This document shows, piece after piece, positions 58,051 to 64,000 of a stretch of DNA of 64,000 nucleotides. The stretch comes from Acidilobaceae archaeon (GTDB lineage Archaea > Thermoproteota > Thermoprotei_A > Sulfolobales > Acidilobaceae). The notes under the pieces are model-generated. The model did no database searches. It had not been told where the DNA came from and saw nothing but the letters and a program-made list of their open reading frames with translations. The translations under genes were made by a program, and so were the position numbers. The stretch spans positions 192,001 through 256,000 of the forward strand of contig JAWAWX010000001.1 of the NCBI GenBank assembly GCA_038897215.1. The letters run 5' to 3'. Numbering within the stretch: the stretch's first letter is position 1; each line of letters begins with the position of its first letter.

Positions 58051-59277
58051 TTGCCTAGCTACACGGTAAGGCTTCTCCACGTCTCGGACACTCATCTAGG
58101 CATCAAGCCCTACGGGTTGCTGGATAGGGAGAAGGATGTCTACGATGCGTTCATGGAGGTAGTCGAGATCGCTAAGAGCGAGAGAGTAGACGCTGTTCTA
58201 CACGCTGGAGACATGTTCGATAAGAGCACTCCCCGACCGGCTACGCTCATGGTGGCAGTCAAGGGGCTCCGAGAGCTCGCAGAGAGAGAAGTCAAGGTCT
58301 ACGTGTCTCCAGGCAATCACGAGCACCCCAGAGCTGTGGACGAGGGCTCTCCCGTGAGGCTCCTAGAGCTCGTAGGCTTACTCAAAGGCCCCGACCCCAG
58401 GGTTCAGAGCGCTCCCACAGTCTACAGGCTGGGGTCTGAGGGAAGAGTGATTCTAGCGGTATTCCCGCCAACGGCTACTCACGCTCTCAGAGGCTTCAGC
58501 ATGGAGAAAAAGCGGGGAGAATTCCTGATAGCCTTGGCTCACGTTAGGCTCTGCGATGCTCTCAGAGACGCTGAGGGAGTCCCCCTAGAGAAGTGTAGCT
58601 CCACAACGCCCATCTTCTCTTCAGACATAGCGGGCAACGTGGACTACGCTGCTCTAGGAGACCTCCACGAGACCTGGGAGGGCAGGCTACCCGGGGGCGG
58701 GAAAGCAGTGTACCCTGGAGCCACCGAGCACTTCGCTGTAGACGAGTACGAGAGGAGCCAGGGGAGGAGGCTCGTCTACCTGCTGAGAGTAGAAGACGGG
58801 GTCTTAGCTGAGCTGAAGAGAGTAGAGTTGAAGAGCGTGAGGCCTTGGGTTGTTCTGCGTGCTCCCTACTCTGAGGTGGTTAGAGCTCTAGACGGCTTCA
58901 GGAGGAGCGGGGGCAAGCCCCCCTTGCTCTACGTCGAGATATCCGACCCAGTGGATAGAGCTAAGAGAGAGAGGCTAGTTCAGAGGCTGAAGGCTCTAGC
59001 GATGAGCGGAGAGATACTAGACTACGTGCTCCACGCTAGGCAGCACTCTCCAGAGGAGGTTGAAGCCTTCCGGAGAAGCGGAGAGCAACGCGTAGACGTG
59101 TCGCAACTCATAGCAGAGGCTCTCAGAACACTGGCTAGAAGGCACTCTATCAGAGAGGAGTGCGTTAACGCAGTGGGGCTAGCTGAGAAGCTGAGAGACT
59201 TCGTGCTCTCTCCCTCGGATGAGAAGGCTAGGCAGCTCGTGAGAGACCTTGAGAACGCTGTGTCTCAGTGTGGGTGA
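58051..59277 (+). CDS. mre11: Mre11/SbcD nuclease
   Basis: SDTHLG, AGDMFD, PGNHE, YAALGDLH, YPGA.E. Confidence 0.85.
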   Translation: MPSYTVRLLHVSDTHLGIKPYGLLDREKDVYDAFMEVVEIAKSERVDAVLHAGDMFDKSTPRPATLMVAVKGLRELAEREVKVYVSPGNHEHPRAVDEGSPVRLLELVGLLKGPDPRVQSAPTVYRLGSEGRVILAVFPPTATHALRGFSMEKKRGEFLIALAHVRLCDALRDAEGVPLEKCSSTTPIFSSDIAGNVDYAALGDLHETWEGRLPGGGKAVYPGATEHFAVDEYERSQGRRLVYLLRVEDGVLAELKRVELKSVRPWVVLRAPYSEVVRALDGFRRSGGKPPLLYVEISDPVDRAKRERLVQRLKALAMSGEILDYVLHARQHSPEEVEAFRRSGEQRVDVSQLIAEALRTLARRHSIREECVNAVGLAEKLRDFVLSPSDEKARQLVRDLENAVSQCG

Positions 59278-59286
59278 GCCTCCTCC

Positions 59287-61563
59287 TTGATGATCAAGAG
59301 GGTAGAGCTAGACAAGGTGATGTCTCACGAGCACACTGTAGTAGAGTTCGGTAGAGGAGTGAACGCCATAGTGGGCCCCAACGGGAGCGGCAAGAGCGCG
59401 ATCATAGACTCCATAGTCTTCGCTCTGATAGGTGGATGCGTTAGAGGAGAGGAGGCTGTTAGAGCAGAGCTCTCGAACATGGTGAGAGTAGGCTCGAGAA
59501 GAGCATCGATAACAGTAGAGTTCGAGATAGGCGGCAAATGCTACAGAGCCGAGAGAGTCATAGCTCTAGGGGGCGACGCTCAGAGCCAGGTCTCTCTCAG
59601 AGAGTGCTCTGGAGCCCTGGTAGCCCATGGGAGAGAGAGCTTCTGCAACAAGATGCGAGAGCTGCTGGGGCTAGACAACCTCAAAGCGCTCACCTACACT
59701 CTAGTAGCCAGACAGGGGCACCTCTCAGACTTCATCGATAGCGAGCCATCGAAGAGAGCAGAGATGACTCTAGAACTCCTAGGCCTAGCCTGGCTCGATA
59801 AGGCTAAGGAGGCTCTGGGGAGAGCTCTGAAGAGTCTCGACGTCGAGGTCGCTGTTCTATCCAGAGAAGAGGAGAGAGCGAGAGCTCTCGAGACTGAGTG
59901 CTCTAGCTTGAGGAAGAGGCTGGAGAAGCTCTCGGAACTCGAGAAGAAGCTCTCCGAGGAAGTCGGGGAGCTCGAGGCTAGAGTAGAGGCCGCCAGGAGG
60001 GAGGTAGAAGAGCTGGGGAGCGTCCTGCCATCTCTAGAGAAGCTGAGAGCCTACGAGCGGTACAAGAGAGAGGCTGAGGCTCTAGAGAGGGAGGTGGGGG
60101 AGCTCAGGGAGAGAGCGGAGAAGCTATCCCCATACAGGGAGGCAGCCAGTCTAGCTCGCGAAGAGCTCGCCTACTACACTGCTCTAGAGAACAAGGCTAG
60201 AAGGCTGGAGAGAGAGCTAGCAGAGCTGGAGAAGCGCCTGGAGAGACTTCTGGGAGGCTCTACGCTAGAAGAGCTGGAGGCGAGGCTCGAAGAGCAGAAG
60301 AGAGTAGAAGAGGAGCTTCTACGCAGATACAAGGAGCTAGAGGCAGAGGAGAAGATAGTCTCGGCTGTTCTGCAAGCAGGGCTCTCGAGCGATAAGTGCC
60401 CTCTCTGCGGTAGCCCTCTGGATGAGAGCCGCAGAAGGCACATAGAGGAGTCTCACGGAGCTAGGCTCGAGGAGCTCAAGAGAGAAGTCCCTAGGCTCAA
60501 GCGGTTGCTAGACGAGGCCACGGCTAGGAGGAGAGAGCTAGAGGACTCGATCAAGAAGGCTAGAGAAGTAGTCGCTGAGCTAGAGAGAGCGAGGAGAGAG
60601 CTAGAGGAGTCTCGCGCGGAGCTAGAGTCTCTCCTCGAGAAGTACAATAGGCTAGCGGAGAGGCTGGGCTTGCCTAGAGCTGAGAGCTTCGAGGAGTGCA
60701 AGCTGAGACTCAGAGACGTAGAGAGCAGTCTAGCAGAGCTAGAGAAAGTCGAGAAGACGCTGGAGAGAAAGCTGGGCTCTCTCAGCGCCATCAAGTCGGC
60801 TCTAGCTCAGTTCGACGAGACCGAGATCGAGAGAGCTCGCGCTGTAGCGAGAGCTCTAGGAGCCCCCATCGAGGAAGCTGAGAGAGTGTATAGAGAGCGC
60901 TCCGCTAAGCTCGAGGAGCTCCGCTCAAGCCTCGAGAAGACTAGAGGGAGGCTGGCTGAAGTCAGGGGGGAGATGAGCGCTCTAGAGTCGCAGCTAGCCT
61001 CCAGAGAGGCGGAGCTAGCTAAGCTGAGAGAGTCTCTCAAGAGCCTAGCGGCTAAGAAGAAGGCTCTAGCGGTAGCGGAGAAGCTCTACGGAGAGTATCT
61101 AGGCAAGAGCGGCTATATCAGCGTGAAGGCTCTAGAGAGCTTCAGGAAGAGCTTCTCCATAGTGGTCAACGACGTCCTAGCGAGACTAGGGAGAGACTTC
61201 GCTATAGAGCTCACAGACAACCTCGACGTCAGGGTTAGGAGAGAGGGTCAGGAGCTTTCAGTGAACTCTCTTAGCGGAGGGGAGAAGACCATGCTCTCGA
61301 TAGTCTCTAGGATAGCGCTAGCATCCATGGTCTCGAATAAGAGAGTGTCAGTCCTCATCCTAGACGAGCCTACAGAGTATCTTGATGCCGAGGCTAGGAA
61401 GACAGTCTTCGAGACCATAAGAGAGGTAGCGGGCTACATAGACCAGATAATAGTGGTGACGCACGACCCCGAGGTCGAGGACATAGCGGACACTCTGGTC
61501 CACGTGGAGAAGAGAGGAGGCTCTAGCAGAGTAGTCGTTGAGAAGGTGGCGGGCTCCAGCTAG
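59287..61563 (+). CDS. rad50: Rad50 SMC-like ATPase
   Basis: GPNGSGKS, Q-loop, coiled coil with CPLC zinc hook, LSGGE, LDEPT, VTH. Confidence 0.9.
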   Translation: MMIKRVELDKVMSHEHTVVEFGRGVNAIVGPNGSGKSAIIDSIVFALIGGCVRGEEAVRAELSNMVRVGSRRASITVEFEIGGKCYRAERVIALGGDAQSQVSLRECSGALVAHGRESFCNKMRELLGLDNLKALTYTLVARQGHLSDFIDSEPSKRAEMTLELLGLAWLDKAKEALGRALKSLDVEVAVLSREEERARALETECSSLRKRLEKLSELEKKLSEEVGELEARVEAARREVEELGSVLPSLEKLRAYERYKREAEALEREVGELRERAEKLSPYREAASLAREELAYYTALENKARRLERELAELEKRLERLLGGSTLEELEARLEEQKRVEEELLRRYKELEAEEKIVSAVLQAGLSSDKCPLCGSPLDESRRRHIEESHGARLEELKREVPRLKRLLDEATARRRELEDSIKKAREVVAELERARRELEESRAELESLLEKYNRLAERLGLPRAESFEECKLRLRDVESSLAELEKVEKTLERKLGSLSAIKSALAQFDETEIERARAVARALGAPIEEAERVYRERSAKLEELRSSLEKTRGRLAEVRGEMSALESQLASREAELAKLRESLKSLAAKKKALAVAEKLYGEYLGKSGYISVKALESFRKSFSIVVNDVLARLGRDFAIELTDNLDVRVRREGQELSVNSLSGGEKTMLSIVSRIALASMVSNKRVSVLILDEPTEYLDAEARKTVFETIREVAGYIDQIIVVTHDPEVEDIADTLVHVEKRGGSSRVVVEKVAGSS

Positions 61564-61642
61564 CCAGGTATGACTCTAGACTCTAGAGCGAGCACGCTCT
61601 AGCCTCTTGAGTCCAGCGTAACGCTTATTAGCTCAGGCTGCT

Positions 61643-62953
61643 GTGGAGAGCCTTTCGAGCGAGGAGAGAAGGGGATGTCTTTTAAACAGTCTGCCTAGGA
61701 TACTCCCGTCTCGTCCTCTCAGAGGAGAGCCATACCTAACCGACGCCACCTTGAGAGAAGGCCAGCAGGCCTGGAGGCCCTTCTCGGAGGCTGAGGCTCT
61801 GAGGGTATACGAGGCTCTAGCTGAGCTCAACGGAGGAGGCAGAGCTATCAGGTACACGGAGGTCTTCGTCTACAGCGAAAAGGATAGGAGGCTAGCTAGG
61901 AGGCTCTTGGAGGCCGGCTACGAGTACCCCAGAGTGAGGGGCTGGATTAGAGCAACAAAGCAGGACGTGAGGCTCCTAGCTGAGAGCGGCTTAGAGGAGA
62001 CAGTAGTCCTCACATCGATATCCGATTACCACATACACTTCAAGCTAGGAGTGAACAGAGAGGAGGCTCTAGAGTCCTACCTCGAGGCGGTAGAGGAGGC
62101 GTATAGGAGGGGCGTCGTGGTCGAGTGCGCTCTAGAAGACGTTACCAGAGCCGACCCGAGGCTCGTGAGAGAGTTCCTCGAGAGGCTAGTCAGGCTAGCT
62201 GAGCGCTACGGAGTAGAGCCTAAGGCCAGACTCTCGGATACTCTAGGCTTAGGGCTCCCCTTCAGAGAAGCTGAGCTACCGAGAAGCGTCCCTAGGCTCG
62301 TAGAGCTAGCTCTAGACGCTGGACTCAAACCCGAGAACCTGGGCTTCCACGGGCACAACGACTTCGGGCTAGCCACTGCGAACCACCTAGCGGCTTGGCT
62401 CAGCGGAGCCATGGAGGCTAACTGCACTCTACTCGGGGTAGGCGAGAGGACGGGGAACTGCCCCCTTGAGCTCATGCTACTCCACTACGTCTCGCTGACC
62501 GGTAACAGCGCTAACCTCCGAGCAGTCACGAGAGCAGCTCAACTGCTAGCAGGCATGGGCTGGAGGATTCCGGAGAACCAGCCTCTAGTCGGAGCGAAGG
62601 CTTTCACTCAGAAGTCCGGCATACACATAGACGGGTTGCTGAAGAACCCTCTCGTCTACCTACCCATGGACGTGGAGGAGGTTCTAGGCAGGAGCTTCGA
62701 GGTAGAGATAACCCCGTACTCGGGGAGAGCCGGGATCCTCTACTGGCTCCGGAGCAGGCTGGGAGTGACTCTAGACAAGAGCCACCCGGGCGTTGAGAGA
62801 GCAGCTGCGTTGATGAGAGAAGTCTTCAATGGCAGAGAGAGCCTGACAGACGAGGAGCTAGCGTCTATAGTGGCTTCAGCGATCCCAGAGCTCGCGAGCG
62901 TCATATGCTCGAAGCTAGGCTCTAGTACTCTACAGCAGTGCTCCAGCAGATAA
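61643..62953 (+). CDS. DRE-TIM metallolyase, Re-citrate synthase-like
   Basis: DATLREGQQ, EVFVYSEKDR, WIRA, SDYHI..KL, ED.TRAD, HGHNDFG, GERTGN. Confidence 0.75.
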   Translation: MESLSSEERRGCLLNSLPRILPSRPLRGEPYLTDATLREGQQAWRPFSEAEALRVYEALAELNGGGRAIRYTEVFVYSEKDRRLARRLLEAGYEYPRVRGWIRATKQDVRLLAESGLEETVVLTSISDYHIHFKLGVNREEALESYLEAVEEAYRRGVVVECALEDVTRADPRLVREFLERLVRLAERYGVEPKARLSDTLGLGLPFREAELPRSVPRLVELALDAGLKPENLGFHGHNDFGLATANHLAAWLSGAMEANCTLLGVGERTGNCPLELMLLHYVSLTGNSANLRAVTRAAQLLAGMGWRIPENQPLVGAKAFTQKSGIHIDGLLKNPLVYLPMDVEEVLGRSFEVEITPYSGRAGILYWLRSRLGVTLDKSHPGVERAAALMREVFNGRESLTDEELASIVASAIPELASVICSKLGSSTLQQCSSR

Positions 62954-62992
62954 AGCCTCGGTAGCCCCGAGACTCCAGGAGGGGAGCTAGCG

Positions 62993-63048
62993 GAGAGTGA
63001 TGATAGCCACGGCTCGGATGGATGAAGAGGGCTTGTGTTTCTGACCTT
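62993..63048 (+). ncRNA. Box C/D sRNA candidate with canonical terminal boxes
   Basis: C GTGATGA 62997-63003; 11-nt guide; D' CGGA; C' TGGATGA; guide; D CTGA 63041-63044; intergenic. Confidence 0.75.
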
Positions 63049-63109
63049 CAGGCTCTCCCCTCGAGACGCTAAATAGGCTCGAGCGCTTCACGCGATGAGG
63101 TAGCGTGAG

Positions 63110-64000
63110 GTGAGAGGGCTCTCAACTATAGCTATCCACGGTCACGAATGCGTTGACTCTCAGGGCTCTCACATTCCTCCCATCTACGTGGGTAACGTTT
63201 ACGAGTACGTGGATGAAGACCTGGGCTTAGCAGTCTTCAGCGATAGAGGCGACGTGGTCAGATACGGGAGAGAAGAGAACCCGACTGTTCGCTGCCTAGA
63301 GAGAGTCTTAGCTAAGCTGGAGCAAGTAGAGGACTCTCTCGCGTTCAACAGCGGGATGGCGGCTATATCGTCTACCCTCATCTCGAAGCTAGAGCCCGGA
63401 GATGAGGTCGTAGTCTCTATGGAGGTCTACAGTACAGTCCTCTATCTCCTCGAGCAACTAGCCAGAAAGATGGGCTTGAGGGTAGTCAAAGCCTGGCCTT
63501 CTGCTGAAGCAATCGCTGAAGCCGTGACCCGCAGGACTAAGCTCGTCTTCCTAGAGGTTCAGTCAAACCCCACCAATAAGGTCGTAGACTTGAGGAGTCT
63601 AGCCTCGTCTATAGACTTGGAGTCGGTAGCGCTCGTAGTCGACAACACGACCACAACGCCAGTGCTTGTGAAGCCCGCTAAGTACGGGGCTAGACTGGTT
63701 GTCCACAGTATGACGAAGTACCTGAGCGGTCACAACGACTCAATCGGGGGAGCTGTCTGCGGGAGCTCGCGAGAGGTCAGAGAGCTCTGGGACTGGAGGA
63801 GAGCTCTCGGAGGCATACTACAGCCTCTAGACGCCTACATGATTATGAGGGGGCTGAAGACTCTCGAGGCTAGATTCGAGAAAGCAAGCAAGACCGCTCT
63901 AGAGGTGGCGGAGTTCCTCGAAGACCACCCGAGAGTAAGCGAGGTCCTCTACCCGGGGCTACCCGGCAACCCGTATCACGATATTGCTGTCAAGTTATTC
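63110..64000 (+). CDS. Cystathionine gamma-synthase/lyase-family PLP enzyme, truncated by the window edge
   Basis: Not in the ORF track. Hand translation: MRGLSTIAIHG...PPIY...YGREENPT...FNSGMAAIS...VDNT...HSMTKYLSGHND. Confidence 0.92.
   Translation, partial: MRGLSTIAIHGHECVDSQGSHIPPIYVGNVYEYVDEDLGLAVFSDRGDVVRYGREENPTVRCLERVLAKLEQVEDSLAFNSGMAAISSTLISKLEPGDEVVVSMEVYSTVLYLLEQLARKMGLRVVKAWPSAEAIAEAVTRRTKLVFLEVQSNPTNKVVDLRSLASSIDLESVALVVDNTTTTPVLVKPAKYGARLVVHSMTKYLSGHNDSIGGAVCGSSREVRELWDWRRALGGILQPLDAYMIMRGLKTLEARFEKASKTALEVAEFLEDHPRVSEVLYPGLPGNPYHDIAVKLF

Noticed and set aside
59800-61100. Repetitive GAGAG/CTAGAG-rich DNA resembling a tandem repeat array
   Set aside because: It encodes the Rad50 Glu/Leu/Arg coiled coil and has no fixed-period repeat-spacer structure.
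1-64000. CRISPR arrays, tRNA/rRNA genes, transposases, integrases and defence islands
   Set aside because: None were recognisable by eye; the intergenic gaps are short and no such ORFs or repeats were seen.

Overview
Gene-dense, mostly core-genome region of a thermophilic crenarchaeon. The Alba sequence closely resembles Aeropyrum pernix Alba2, suggesting Desulfurococcales or Acidilobaceae (an inference). About 65 CDSs cover DNA replication and repair (PCNA, Lhr, AGOG, RadA, Mre11, Rad50), RNA processing and translation (RNase Z, Trm11, RtcB, ArgRS, PheRS), riboflavin synthesis, lipid enzymes (GGR family, Tes family), transporters and metabolism. No rRNA, tRNA, CRISPR array, transposase, integrase or intein was seen. 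Highlights not in the ORF track: (1) five box C/D guide-RNA candidates, four with non-consensus terminal C and D boxes that change in a compensatory way, so consensus searches would likely miss them; (2) a circularly permuted, C-terminally anchored LivJ-type solute-binding protein; (3) strong over-representation of CTAG, from which the tes-like gene appears exempt; (4) a run of apparent pseudoenzymes (radical SAM without CxxxCxxC, MBL fold without HxHxDH, TFS paralog without its catalytic ribbon); (5) a Re-citrate synthase-like gene, and mre11-rad50 without herA or nurA. All family calls come from motif recognition by eye; no database searches were run.
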